A stretch of 50,619 nucleotides of DNA from an uncultured Flavobacteriaceae bacterium (lineage in GTDB: Bacteria; Bacteroidota; Bacteroidia; Flavobacteriales; Flavobacteriaceae). The translations under genes and the position numbers were made by a program. The stretch covers positions 1-50,619 of the forward strand of contig CAYOFS010000002.1 of the NCBI GenBank assembly GCA_964403095.1. The letters run 5' to 3'. The notes under the pieces were generated by a model. It searched no databases, was not told where the DNA came from, and saw nothing but the letters and a program-made list of their open reading frames with translations. Each line of letters starts with the position of its first letter. Position 1 is the first letter of the stretch. Positions 40,670 to 50,363 of the stretch are shown here, in pieces.

Positions 40670-41931
40670 ATGAAAAACACACTACTACACATTGCATTAC
40701 TTATTATTGGTTTATCATCTTATTCACAAACCGAAACAAACCCGTTAAACATCTTGTTTGTTGGTAATAGCATTACCTATTATAATAACTTGCCTCAAAC
40801 ATTTGAGCAAATTGCAAATGAGCAAGGTAATTATGTTACAATAGATCAACATACTCCTGGAGGAACCGGTTTTATTCATCATGTAGATAATAATAATTTT
40901 GTATGATAAAATTAGAAATACTTTTTGAGATTATGTAGTTTTACAACCTGGCTCTAGTGAATCTATTGGTTATTCCCAACCAATTGCTTCAACAATACAA
41001 AGAGCGCAACGTTTAAAAGACTCTATTATCAAATATAGTCCTTGTGCCAGTATTTATTATTATGAAATTTCTTACGGAATTGTAAGTAACACGCCAGAAA
41101 GTCTACAACAATATTATGATAGGCAAACAATAATCAAAAATAATATTACTCAAATGTCAAATGCAACGGATATTCCGTTAATACCAGCTGGAGAATGTTT
41201 TAAAGCCTCTACACAAACTAATCAAAATATGTTTTTATGGGGAAATTATATGGATATTCATCCAAATACTAAAGGAAGTTATTTAGCAGCATGTGCTTTT
41301 TATAACGCACTATTTAAACAACCAATCATTAACACTTCTATATTGGCTGGATTAACCGATGCAGATGCAACCTATTTAAGAAATCAAGCAGAAACAATTA
41401 CTTTAAACAACCTAAGTGATTGGTTTATTGATGATTTTACTCCTACAGCAAATTTTGATTATACCATTTCAAATAATAGCACACTTAATTTCACTAATAG
41501 CTCTACAAATTTTGATGAACTTTTATGGGATTTTGGTGATGGAGCAACTAGTATTTTAGAAAATCCATCACACCTTTTTGATTTTTCTACAGAAGATAGT
41601 TATACTATTATTAACAGCATTGAAGAATTGTAAAGAACACCATAAAATAATTATAATTACGCCAGAAACATTACAAACACGTGATGTAAATAAACATGAA
41701 ATATCCTTATATCCAAATCCTACAAAGGATCAAATTTATTTTAAAAATATAAGTAATCTTAAAATAGAAAACTGCGCTATTTATAATATACTTGGTAGGG
41801 AAATTTCAAAGGGTGATTATATTCTGCTAAATAACAATGCAATTGATATTAGTAAACTTACTAAAGGGGTTTATTTAATTCTATTTAAAATTGGCACATC
41901 TATTTTTACTAAAAAAATAGTGAAAGAGTAA
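40670..41931 (+). pseudogene. Disrupted gene for a secreted SGNH/GDSL-like hydrolase - PKD domain - T9SS sorting-domain protein
   Basis: Three ORF pieces (40670..40906, 41154..41633 and 41578..41931) form one protein when joined. The parts are a signal peptide plus GNSITY SGNH block, then WDFGDG...NPSH (PKD), then the T9SS C-terminal domain (ISLYPNPTKDQIYF...GVYLILF...KKIVKE). Lesions: a frameshift near 40899..40903, an in-frame TGA at 40926..40928 in the context TF-stop-DYVVLQPG (Trp expected), and a frameshift near 41607..41613. Confidence 0.8.
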
Positions 41932-41938
41932 ATTTTAA

Positions 41939-42757
41939 TTAATCAAAATCTTGATTAACACCAACTTTAACACCTTGTACATTTAAGCAATTATCGTTCT
42001 TATCAACTACAAAAGCAACAATTTCTAAGTTACTTGAGTTTTCTATATAATTAGGTAGTGTAATAGAATAATTTTTTGAATAACGATGATCCGTAGCAAC
42101 TTGATTAGGTAAATTATCTCCTTTAACATTTGTAAAAGAATAGCGCAATACATCATTATGCACATAATTTTCAATAAGTTCTGGGTAATCTGGTAAAGAA
42201 GCATTGTGTTGTGGATAAATAAGTCCATCTTCTAGTAAGAAAACAACTAATTTATAATTATCAATCGTTGTGGTTTCTGTAACAAAACCAACTCTTACAG
42301 TTACATCTAAATTATTTCCAGTTAAAGTAGAATTGATTGCTAGACCAACTGGAGCATACCTATTTAGCTTTGCTTCAAGTGCTGAAACAACATAGTCATT
42401 TGGCCATAAAGCCTCTCTCCTATTCAAATAAACTTTTGGAAAACCCTGTACACCATATCCATTAACAATAGCTTCGGCAAATTCATTTTGCATAACTTCT
42501 GGGTTTGAAACAGCTTTGTAATGTATCGCAACTGGTATAAATCTATCATTATCCTCAACAGCTAACTCAATTGCATGACCAGCTCCAGGACAATAAACAC
42601 ACCAAGTACCTGTAAAATCTTCTAATAATAATTTTTGAGTAAACTCCGATGGGTCAACAATAATCACTCCAGTAACATCATCACTTTTATAACAAGATGT
42701 TACTAAAAAATAGCTTATTATTAGAATTAAAAATTTACTTTGGATGAAAATTTTCAT
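41939..42757 (-). CDS. Omp28-related / thioredoxin-fold outer-membrane lipoprotein with CxxC
   Basis: Lipoprotein signal (YFLVTSC) and LLEDFTGTWCVYCPGAG, the motif typical of Omp28-related proteins. 272 aa. Confidence 0.7.
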   Translation of the reverse strand: MKIFIQSKFLILIISYFLVTSCYKSDDVTGVIIVDPSEFTQKLLLEDFTGTWCVYCPGAGHAIELAVEDNDRFIPVAIHYKAVSNPEVMQNEFAEAIVNGYGVQGFPKVYLNRREALWPNDYVVSALEAKLNRYAPVGLAINSTLTGNNLDVTVRVGFVTETTTIDNYKLVVFLLEDGLIYPQHNASLPDYPELIENYVHNDVLRYSFTNVKGDNLPNQVATDHRYSKNYSITLPNYIENSSNLEIVAFVVDKNDNCLNVQGVKVGVNQDFD

Positions 42758-42845
42758 TTTGGTATGCTTTTTGAATTATATCATACAAATATAACAATAT
42801 AATTAACTATTATTACATACTAACTAATAACCAAATACTATTAAC

Positions 42846-43328
42846 ATGAAGAAAATAACATTATTACTTATTTTAACATTTACAATTTCATTAGTAAATG
42901 CTCAAAAAAATTACCCAAATATCACACTTAAAAATTTAGATGGTAAAGAAGTCAACCTAGTTGAAAGGTCTAAGAAAAAAATGATTGTAGTTAGCTTTTG
43001 GGCTACTTGGTGCGGACCTTGTATTCAAGAATTAGAAGCAATTAATGACAGTTATGAAGACTTACAAGATGAAATGGGTTTTGAATTAATAGCTGTTTCT
43101 ATTGATAATTCACGCTCTGTGTCAAGAGTAAAACCAATGGTAAATGGTAAAGACTGGGATTACGAAGTTTTATTAGATACAAACCAAGAAATGAAAAGAG
43201 CATTAAATTTCTCTGCGCCTCCATACTTATTAATAATAAAAGATGGTAAAATTCTTTACACACATTCAGGTTACACACCAGGAAGTGAAGAAGAAGCTTT
43301 TGATAAATTTAGAGAATTATCTAAATAA
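42846..43328 (+). CDS. TlpA-family periplasmic thiol:disulfide oxidoreductase
   Basis: Signal peptide and the thioredoxin active site FWATWCGPC. 160 aa. Confidence 0.88.
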   Translation: MKKITLLLILTFTISLVNAQKNYPNITLKNLDGKEVNLVERSKKKMIVVSFWATWCGPCIQELEAINDSYEDLQDEMGFELIAVSIDNSRSVSRVKPMVNGKDWDYEVLLDTNQEMKRALNFSAPPYLLIIKDGKILYTHSGYTPGSEEEAFDKFRELSK

Positions 43329-43350
43329 TAGCTTGAGTTCAATATAAAAT

Positions 43351-43382
43351 AAAAAGACTATCTTAAAAGATAGTCTTTTTTT
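43351..43382 (+). terminator. Rho-independent terminator after the TlpA-like gene
   Basis: aaaaagactatctt / aagatagtcttttt inverted repeat plus a T-run. Confidence 0.8.
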
Positions 43383-43413
43383 GCTTACAGATTATTAATT
43401 AAGTTAGCTTTTG

Positions 43414-43421
43414 TATATTTG
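43414..43421 (+). promoter_or_regulatory. -7 promoter box TAtaTTTG upstream of the beta-barrel gene
   Basis: tatatttg lies 33 nt upstream of the ATG at 43455. Confidence 0.45.
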
Positions 43422-43454
43422 ACAAAATATATTAATCTCTTTATAGCAACCTTA

Positions 43455-45164
43455 ATGAAATACTTATTTTTATTTTTATCAATTAGTATAGCATCTATTA
43501 TTTATGCCCAAGACAATGAGCTAAAAGGTAATTTGAATATTGGTGTTGAATCAAATATGCAATACAATTTATTTGATGATCAAGAAAATGAAATTACATC
43601 GGATAATTTTAGATCAAATAATTATGTAACCATTGATTACGATATTAATAAATTTGCTTTTGGAATTCAAGTAGAAGGATATGCTCCTGAGGCTGTTTTA
43701 AATTTTTCACCTTCGTATAATAAACAAATAGCATTGGCAACTGCTTATGCAAGATATAAAACTGATAAATTAGAAGCAACTGCTGGTCATTTTTACGAGC
43801 AATTTGGAAGCGGATTAACCCTAAGATCATGGGAAGACAGGCAGTTAGGTATCAATAATGCTTTATTAGGAACAAGACTAAAATATAATGTAAATAATAG
43901 TATCGAATTAACGGGTTTAGTAGCTAGACAGCGTTATGGTTTTAAATTATCTGAAAGTAATATTTACGGATTTAATTCAGAATTAAATATTAGTGATTTA
44001 TTAAAATATGATAAAGCAGGCTTAAATATTGGCTTAAGCTTTGTTGGCAAAGACGAACCTTATGTGAGCACTACACCTGGTTTTATTGGCAATGATTTTC
44101 CAAATTATGTTTATACTACTTCAACAAGAGTAGGCTTTACACAAGGAGGTTTTTATTCTAATGCAGAATATGTATATAAAAGTAATGATGTTAGAATTAA
44201 AACTAGCGTTGTTCACGAAGGCTTAAAAGATGACGGGAATGCAATTTTATTAACCTTAGGATATTCACAAAAAGGAATGGGAATTTCAGGTACTTTTAGA
44301 CGTTTGGAAAATATGAGTTTTTATAGTGAACGTGCTGCTGCAGGAAATTTATATAACGAACAAATAATGAATTATATTCCAGGTTTAACCAAACAACATG
44401 ATTACTCGCTAACTAATATTTATGTTTATGTAGCGCAACCAAGTGTAGATTTTTCTGGAATGTCTATTAACAATAATGGTGAGGTTATTGGAAAAGTGAA
44501 AGATGGAGAAATGGGCGGACAAATAGATTTTTACTATAAATTTAAAAAGAAATCAGCGCTTGGTGGGAAATACGGAACAAAATTAGCTGCAAATTTTTCT
44601 CAATGGACAGATTTATACACAAACTTAGATCAAGAAGGCCAAGTAAGTATTTATGACACTAATTATACAACAGATTTTTTTAATTATAGAACCTTATTAT
44701 TTAGAGAATTTAATTTAGAAGTCCGTAAAAAATGGTCTAAAAATTTAAGCTCTATTTTTTCTTATGTCAATTTATTTTATAATAAAGACCGTTTAGAAGG
44801 TGCAGAATACGAAGAGGTTGATGCTAATATCTTTGTAGTTGAATCAACTTATAAATTAGGAAAAGGAAGAGCAATTCGTGCAGAATTACAACATCTAGGC
44901 ACAAGTAATGACCAAAAAAATTGGGCTGCAGGAACATTAGAATTTAATGCATCAACAAAATTAGGCTTCTTTGCAACCGATATGTACAATTACGGTTCAA
45001 CCGAAAACCATTATTATAATTTTGGCACAAGCTATACAAAAAATAAAACACGAGTAGCCTTAAGTTATGGTAAACAACGTGATGGCTTACTTTGTGTTGG
45101 TGGTGTTTGTAGAGTAGTTCAAGCTTCCACTGGTGTAAATTTAAGTCTTATCACATCATTTTAA
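43455..45164 (+). CDS. Predicted outer-membrane beta-barrel protein (DUF6029-like), function unknown
   Basis: Signal peptide MKYLFLFLSISIASIIYAQ, a long alternating-strand region, and a C-terminal ...NLSLITSF aromatic end. Start moved from the TTG at 43419 (which overlaps the promoter box) to the ATG at 43455. Confidence 0.6.
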   Translation: MKYLFLFLSISIASIIYAQDNELKGNLNIGVESNMQYNLFDDQENEITSDNFRSNNYVTIDYDINKFAFGIQVEGYAPEAVLNFSPSYNKQIALATAYARYKTDKLEATAGHFYEQFGSGLTLRSWEDRQLGINNALLGTRLKYNVNNSIELTGLVARQRYGFKLSESNIYGFNSELNISDLLKYDKAGLNIGLSFVGKDEPYVSTTPGFIGNDFPNYVYTTSTRVGFTQGGFYSNAEYVYKSNDVRIKTSVVHEGLKDDGNAILLTLGYSQKGMGISGTFRRLENMSFYSERAAAGNLYNEQIMNYIPGLTKQHDYSLTNIYVYVAQPSVDFSGMSINNNGEVIGKVKDGEMGGQIDFYYKFKKKSALGGKYGTKLAANFSQWTDLYTNLDQEGQVSIYDTNYTTDFFNYRTLLFREFNLEVRKKWSKNLSSIFSYVNLFYNKDRLEGAEYEEVDANIFVVESTYKLGKGRAIRAELQHLGTSNDQKNWAAGTLEFNASTKLGFFATDMYNYGSTENHYYNFGTSYTKNKTRVALSYGKQRDGLLCVGGVCRVVQASTGVNLSLITSF

Positions 45165-45181
45165 CAAAAAAAATATAACAG

Positions 45182-47329
45182 ATGAATTATTTAAAAATTA
45201 GTACTCTTATTATTAGTTTTATGTTATTAAACTCATGTAATAAAGAGCTTAAAGACAATAAAAAAATAATTAAAATGGAATACCCAAAAACAGAAAAAGG
45301 CAATGTTATAGATGATTATTTTGGCGAAAAAGTAAATGACCCTTATCGTTGGTTAGAAGATGATCGTTCAAAAGAAACTGAATCTTGGGTTAAAGCTCAA
45401 AACAAGGTAACCTTTAATTATTTAGATCAAATTCCGATGCGTGAAAAACTTAGACAACAATTGGAAAAAGTATGGAACTATGAAAAAATTTCGGCACCAC
45501 GTAAGCATGGTGATTTTATGTATTTTTATAAAAATGACGGCTTGCAAAATCAATATGTAATGTATAGACAAAAAGGAGATAAAAAACCAGAAGTTTTTTT
45601 AGACCCAAATACATTTTCAAAAGACGGCACAACATCTTTAGGTGCAACTAGCTTCACAAAAGACGGAAAATTATTGGCGTATTCAATATCAGAAGGCGGT
45701 TCTGATTGGCGTAAAATCATTGTAATTGATGCCTTAACAAAAGAAATAAAAGGCGACACCATTATTGATGTGAAATTTAGCGGAATTTCATGGTATAAAA
45801 ACGAAGGTTTTTATTATTCAAGTTATGATAAACCAAAAGGAAGTGAATTATCAGCAAAAACAGATCAACACAAACTATATTATCACAAATTAGGAACAAA
45901 ACAAGCAGATGATAAAGTAATATTTGGTATAGATAAGAAGCGTAGATATGTTGGCGGTAGAGTTACAGATGATAATAGTTATTTAATTATTTCTGCTTCA
46001 AAATCTACATCGGGAAATGAACTTTACATTAAGGATTTAACCAATCCTAACAATAAACTAATGACCATAGTAGATAATTTTAATAGCGATAATTATCTAA
46101 TTGATAATAAAGGTAGTAAGCTATATATTTCAACAAATTTAAACGCACCAAACAAAAGAGTAATTACTGTTGATGCAAATAATCCTACTCCAAAAAATTG
46201 GAAAGATTTAATACCAGAAACCAAAGAGGTTTTAAGTACTTCAACTGGTTCGGGTTATATTTTCGCAAAATACATGGTTGATGCTATTTCAAAAGTAAAA
46301 CAATATAATTATGATGGAAAACTTATTAGAGATATAAAACTTCCTGGAGTTGGAACTGCTAGTGGATTTGGAGGAGAGAAAGAAGATGAAACATTATACT
46401 TTAACTTTTCAAATTATATTACGCCTTCGTCTATTTATCAATTAAATCCAGAAAATGGAGAGTCTACCTTATATAAAAAACCAGATGTTAATTTTGATTC
46501 TAGTAAATACGAATCAAAACAAATATTTTACACCTCTAAAGATGGCACTAAAATACCAATGATTATTACCTATAAAAAAGGATTAAATTTAGACGGTAAA
46601 AACCCAACTATTTTATATGGTTACGGAGGTTTTAATATTAGTTTAACACCAAGCTTTAGTGTTGCAAATACTGTTTGGTTAGCAAATGGTGGTGTTTATG
46701 CAGTTGCTAATTTACGTGGTGGCGGAGAATATGGTAAAGCATGGCACGATGCAGGAACAAAACTTAAAAAACAAAATGTTTTTGATGATTTTATTGCTGC
46801 AGCTAAATATTTAATCGATAATAAATATACTTCATCTAATTTTCTTGCTATTCGTGGTGGTTCAAATGGCGGCTTGTTGGTTGGTGCTGTTATGACACAA
46901 AGACCCGATTTAATAAAAGTTGCATTGCCTGCAGTTGGTGTTTTAGATATGTTACGTTATCATACATTTACAGCTGGAGCTGGTTGGTCTTATGATTACG
47001 GAACAGCAAACGATAATAAAGAAATGTTTGAATATTTAAAAAATTATTCACCAGTTCATAATGTTAAAAAAGGAATACAATATCCTGCAACTTTAATAAC
47101 TACAGGTGATCATGATGATAGAGTTGTGCCTGCGCACAGTTTTAAATTTGCAGCAGCACTACAAGAAAAACAAACAGGAAATAATCCTGTTTTAATTAGA
47201 ATAGAAACCAATGCTGGTCATGGAGCAGGAACACCAACCTCAAAAACTATTCAGCAATATGCCGATATTTTTGCGTTTACATTCTATAATATGGGAATAA
47301 CACCAATGCGACATCAAAATACGCTATAA
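45182..47329 (+). CDS. Prolyl oligopeptidase (S9A prolyl endopeptidase), lipoprotein-type signal
   Basis: DPYRWLED N-terminal motif, beta-propeller region, catalytic GGSNGGLL Ser motif, DHDDRV and the GHG triad region. 715 aa. Confidence 0.93.
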   Translation: MNYLKISTLIISFMLLNSCNKELKDNKKIIKMEYPKTEKGNVIDDYFGEKVNDPYRWLEDDRSKETESWVKAQNKVTFNYLDQIPMREKLRQQLEKVWNYEKISAPRKHGDFMYFYKNDGLQNQYVMYRQKGDKKPEVFLDPNTFSKDGTTSLGATSFTKDGKLLAYSISEGGSDWRKIIVIDALTKEIKGDTIIDVKFSGISWYKNEGFYYSSYDKPKGSELSAKTDQHKLYYHKLGTKQADDKVIFGIDKKRRYVGGRVTDDNSYLIISASKSTSGNELYIKDLTNPNNKLMTIVDNFNSDNYLIDNKGSKLYISTNLNAPNKRVITVDANNPTPKNWKDLIPETKEVLSTSTGSGYIFAKYMVDAISKVKQYNYDGKLIRDIKLPGVGTASGFGGEKEDETLYFNFSNYITPSSIYQLNPENGESTLYKKPDVNFDSSKYESKQIFYTSKDGTKIPMIITYKKGLNLDGKNPTILYGYGGFNISLTPSFSVANTVWLANGGVYAVANLRGGGEYGKAWHDAGTKLKKQNVFDDFIAAAKYLIDNKYTSSNFLAIRGGSNGGLLVGAVMTQRPDLIKVALPAVGVLDMLRYHTFTAGAGWSYDYGTANDNKEMFEYLKNYSPVHNVKKGIQYPATLITTGDHDDRVVPAHSFKFAAALQEKQTGNNPVLIRIETNAGHGAGTPTSKTIQQYADIFAFTFYNMGITPMRHQNTL

Positions 47330-47347
47330 ATAAATAATTTATAGCGT
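47321..47347 (+). terminator. Hairpin overlapping the peptidase stop codon (putative terminator), followed by a second hairpin at 47351..47389
   Basis: acgctataaa / tttatagcgt 10-bp stem, then atttagaaac / gtttctaaat 10-bp stem with a 19-nt loop. Confidence 0.5.
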
Positions 47348-47564
47348 TAAATTTAGAAACTTTAGCGTACACTAATAAGGTTTCTAAATTCATTCCGTTT
47401 TTATATTTATTCCTCTGATTTTTGCAATCTATCAACGGAATTCAAACAGTATAAAATTTTGCAGTAATTTTATTTCAAATTTTACGATTACCTTTCGAAT
47501 GCCGTCTAAAATTTATACTTTAACCTACAATCATATTTTTAAATTAGATATTGATTTTAAGTTG

Positions 47565-47630
47565 TTCCACTAAATTCGCAGTAGAACCTTTATTATATAT
47601 TTTAATTCCACTAAATTTATAGTAGAACCT
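47565..47630. repeat. Two 25-bp imperfect direct repeats (22/25), 41-bp period, abutting the methyltransferase stop codon
   Basis: ttccactaaattCGCagtagaacct (47565..47589) and ttccactaaattTATagtagaacct (47606..47630). The second ends 1 nt before the TAG stop (47631..47633, minus strand). Confidence 0.85.
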
Positions 47631-48263
47631 CTATTTTTTAAAACTAGCTATTAAAAAGTCACCTAAAGATATTGGTGTTAATTTTCTAGGGAATACTGTT
47701 TTTTTAAAAACTTCCGCATCAGAATTATAAAATTTATGGAGTTTTAAACCAGAGCGATTCATATACTTTACTAAACGGTTTTTATTAAAATCAACAACAT
47801 GTCCGCCTTCCCAATGACCGTTAACTAACAAACCTGTTCCTCCTAATTCTTTACCACAATCCGATGAAGCAGCTTGAGGTGGAACTTTACCTAGCAACCA
47901 CCATAAACGATTGGCTAGTGAAACTATATTGGGCACAGATATAAACAAAATACCATCCGTTTTTAAGCATCTATTAATTTCTTGAATTAATGGTGTTCCC
48001 ATTCGTAAATGTTCTAAAACTTCGGTAAGAATAAAGCACTCAATGCTGTTATTATCAAAGGGTAATTTTATATCTCTTCCGTCTAAATTTACTTTAATAT
48101 CAGGCTCTCCGTATTTATCTAAAATCAACCAACTATCATGCTCAACATGATTTTTAAAAGAAGCATCAACACCACCAATTTCAATAAAATTCTTAAATGA
48201 AATATCCTTTTGTATAGCATTTAAGCTTACTTTAAACCGTTTTTCTTTTTCTATTGTCTTCAT
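47631..48263 (-). CDS. Class I SAM-dependent methyltransferase-like protein (Methyltransf_11-like), substrate unknown
   Basis: Post-I/II region ECFILTEVLEHL...LKTDGILFISVPN is typical of type-11 methyltransferases. Motif I is degenerate (FIEIGGVD). 210 aa. Confidence 0.6.
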   Translation of the reverse strand: MKTIEKEKRFKVSLNAIQKDISFKNFIEIGGVDASFKNHVEHDSWLILDKYGEPDIKVNLDGRDIKLPFDNNSIECFILTEVLEHLRMGTPLIQEINRCLKTDGILFISVPNIVSLANRLWWLLGKVPPQAASSDCGKELGGTGLLVNGHWEGGHVVDFNKNRLVKYMNRSGLKLHKFYNSDAEVFKKTVFPRKLTPISLGDFLIASFKK

Positions 48264-48283
48264 TACAGTAAATTAATATAGAA

Positions 48284-48291
48284 CAAATGTA
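48284..48291 (-). promoter_or_regulatory. -7 promoter box (TAcaTTTG on minus strand) for the methyltransferase gene
   Basis: Plus-strand caaatgta lies 20 nt upstream of the minus-strand ATG at 48263, which suggests a transcription unit separate from queD. Confidence 0.45.
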
Positions 48292-48374
48292 TTTCTTTTA
48301 TATGAACGAAGTCTATTAATTTTAAAATCTAACTAAAGCTTGATTTTAGAGATAGCAACCCATTTCTTTAAAAA

Positions 48375-48824
48375 TTATTGATCACTTGCAAACCATTCTC
48401 CATAAGAATTATTGGTTTCGTATAATTTTAAGGAATGTAATTTTACTTCTTTTGGTAACCTTTTACTAATTTTTTCAGCAAAATCTATTAACATTAATTC
48501 GCTTGTTGGTTGGTATTCTACCAAAACCATTCTATGTGAATAATCTGCTATTTTATGTGCTAAATCTAAATGTTCGGAATTTTTATTCAACACGATAGAA
48601 TGGTCGTAAATATCAATAATTTCAGTATTTACAATTTTTTTTAAATCGCCAAAATCAAGTACCATTCCGTTTTTTGGGTGGCTTTTATCGTCTATTGGTG
48701 TTCCAATTATAGTTACAAATAGCTGATAACTATGCCCGTGAATGTTTTTGCATTTACCATCGTAACCAGGTAAAGCATGAGCAGCTTCAAAATCAAAATG
48801 TTTTGTTATTCTTATTTTTGTCAT
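48375..48824 (-). CDS. queD: 6-carboxy-5,6,7,8-tetrahydropterin synthase (PTPS family)
   Basis: FEAAHALPGYDGKCKNIHGHSY zinc/catalytic motif. 149 aa. Confidence 0.88.
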   Translation of the reverse strand: MTKIRITKHFDFEAAHALPGYDGKCKNIHGHSYQLFVTIIGTPIDDKSHPKNGMVLDFGDLKKIVNTEIIDIYDHSIVLNKNSEHLDLAHKIADYSHRMVLVEYQPTSELMLIDFAEKISKRLPKEVKLHSLKLYETNNSYGEWFASDQ

Positions 48825-48882
48825 TTTTCAGTTTCCTAATTAGTATTAAAGTATTTCCTTTAAAAAAGGTAGAAAGATTAGC

Positions 48883-50076
48883 TTATATCACCTCAAACTG
48901 TTTACCAACTTTTATAAAAGCAGTAATTGCTTTATCTAAATGTTCTTGGGTATGTGCAGCAGATAATTGCACTCTAATACGTGCTTTTTCTTTTGGAACA
49001 ACTGGAAAGAAAAATCCAATTACATAAATACCTTCATCTAATAAAGCATTTGCCATATCTTGCGATAATTTGGCATCGTATAACATTACTGGTACAATTG
49101 CGGCATCGGCACCAACTAAATCAAAACCTGCTTTTTCCATTCCTTTACGGAAGTAATTGGTATTCCACTCTAACGTATCACGTAAAGTAGTATCGTTTTC
49201 TATCATTTCAAACACCTTTAATGATGCGCCAACAATTGTTGGAGCGAGAGAGTTTGAAAATAAATAAGGTCTAGAACGCTGACGTAAAATTTCTACAATT
49301 TCTTTTTTACCAGTAGTAAAACCGCCCATTGCTCCACCAAGTGCTTTTCCTAAAGTACCAGTAATAATATCTACTCTACCTAATACATTTTTAAGTTCAA
49401 TTGTTCCACGACCTGTTTTACCAATAAAACCTGAAGCGTGGCATTCGTCCACCATTACTAAGGCATCGTATTTATCGGCTAAATCACATATTTTATCAAG
49501 CTGCGCAACAATTCCGTCCATAGAAAAAACGCCATCGGTTACAATAATTTTAAAACGATGGTTTTGTTTATTAGCTTCTATCAATTGTTCCTCTAAAGCA
49601 TGCATATCATTATTTGCATAACGATAACGAGCAGCTTTACACAAGCGAACACCATCAATTATAGAAGCATGATTTAAACTATCGCTTATAATTGCATCTT
49701 CTTTGGTTAATAATGGTTCAAAAACACCGCCATTTGCATCAAAAGCAGCAGCATATAAAATAGTATCTTCACAATGAAAAAACTCGGCTATTTTGGCTTC
49801 TAATTCTTTATGAATATCTTGCGTTCCACAAATAAAACGAACCGAAGACATGCCAAAACCATGTGAGTCTAAAGTGTCTTTTGCTGCCTGTATTACTTCT
49901 TTATTATTTGATAAGCCTAAGTAGTTATTTGCACAAAAATTAATTACTTCTTCGCCTGTGGAAACTTTTATTACCGCATCTTGCGAGGTCGTTATTATTC
50001 TTTCCGACTTGTATAAGCCTGCTTCTTTTATGTTTTTCAACTCTTGTTTTAAATGATCTTTTATGTTTCCGTACAT
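48883..50076 (-). CDS. kbl: Glycine C-acetyltransferase (2-amino-3-ketobutyrate CoA ligase)
   Basis: PLP-dependent alpha-oxoamine synthase family with [14 protein letters not shown] and GTLGKALGG (PLP Lys) motifs. 397 aa. Confidence 0.92.
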   Translation of the reverse strand: MYGNIKDHLKQELKNIKEAGLYKSERIITTSQDAVIKVSTGEEVINFCANNYLGLSNNKEVIQAAKDTLDSHGFGMSSVRFICGTQDIHKELEAKIAEFFHCEDTILYAAAFDANGGVFEPLLTKEDAIISDSLNHASIIDGVRLCKAARYRYANNDMHALEEQLIEANKQNHRFKIIVTDGVFSMDGIVAQLDKICDLADKYDALVMVDECHASGFIGKTGRGTIELKNVLGRVDIITGTLGKALGGAMGGFTTGKKEIVEILRQRSRPYLFSNSLAPTIVGASLKVFEMIENDTTLRDTLEWNTNYFRKGMEKAGFDLVGADAAIVPVMLYDAKLSQDMANALLDEGIYVIGFFFPVVPKEKARIRVQLSAAHTQEHLDKAITAFIKVGKQFEVI

Positions 50077-50201
50077 GGTTTTTTGTTTTAAAAAGATATA
50101 TTATTAAATTATAATAAACCCTCTTTTCTATTATACAAACATAAGAATTTTATTGATGCATACTCTAAGGTTTATCATAAAAATAACTTATAAAACCAAA
50201 A

Positions 50202-50224
50202 AAAGACTGCAAAATGCAGTCTTT
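50202..50224 (-). terminator. Rho-independent terminator downstream of tRNA-Phe
   Basis: aaagactgca / tgcagtcttt stem with a 3-nt loop. On the minus strand it is followed by a U-run (plus-strand ccaaaaaa). Confidence 0.75.
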
Positions 50225-50230
50225 AAAATG

Positions 50231-50303
50231 TGGTACCTCCAGGAATCGAACCAGGGACACATGGATTTTCAGTCCATTGCTCTACCAACTGAGCTAAGGT
50301 ACC
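50231..50303 (-). tRNA. tRNA-Phe (anticodon GAA)
   Basis: The reverse complement GGTACCTTAGCTCAGTTGGTAGAGCAATGGACTGAAAATCCATGTGTCCCTGGTTCGATTCCTGGAGGTACCA folds as a cloverleaf. It has a 7-bp acceptor stem, GCTC/GAGC D stem, ATGGA/TCCAT anticodon stem with loop CTGAAAA, and a TTCGATT T-loop. There is one U-U mismatch in the T stem, and CCA is not encoded. Confidence 0.88.
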
Positions 50304-50363
50304 ATTTTTGGTGCGGCAAATATATGTCTATTTTTTAATATCATCAATGAAAAAATAAAAAAA

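Noticed and set aside
40926-40928. Possibility that the in-frame TGA in the SGNH-PKD gene is read as Trp (code 4-like recoding).
   Set aside because: TGA clearly terminates other well-defined genes here (epimerase at 5084..5086, HAD-like gene at 15196..15198). The same gene also carries two frameshifts, so pseudogenisation is the simpler reading.
50231-50303. A U-U mismatch in the T stem of tRNA-Phe (CCTGG opposite CCTGG), raising the possibility of a pseudo-tRNA.
   Set aside because: All other cloverleaf elements, the conserved D and T loops, the perfect acceptor stem and a downstream terminator are intact. A single internal mismatch is tolerated in functional tRNAs.
50153-50338. A 61-aa plus-strand ORF.
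   Set aside because: It overlaps the tRNA-Phe gene and its terminator on the opposite strand and is an artefact of ORF calling.
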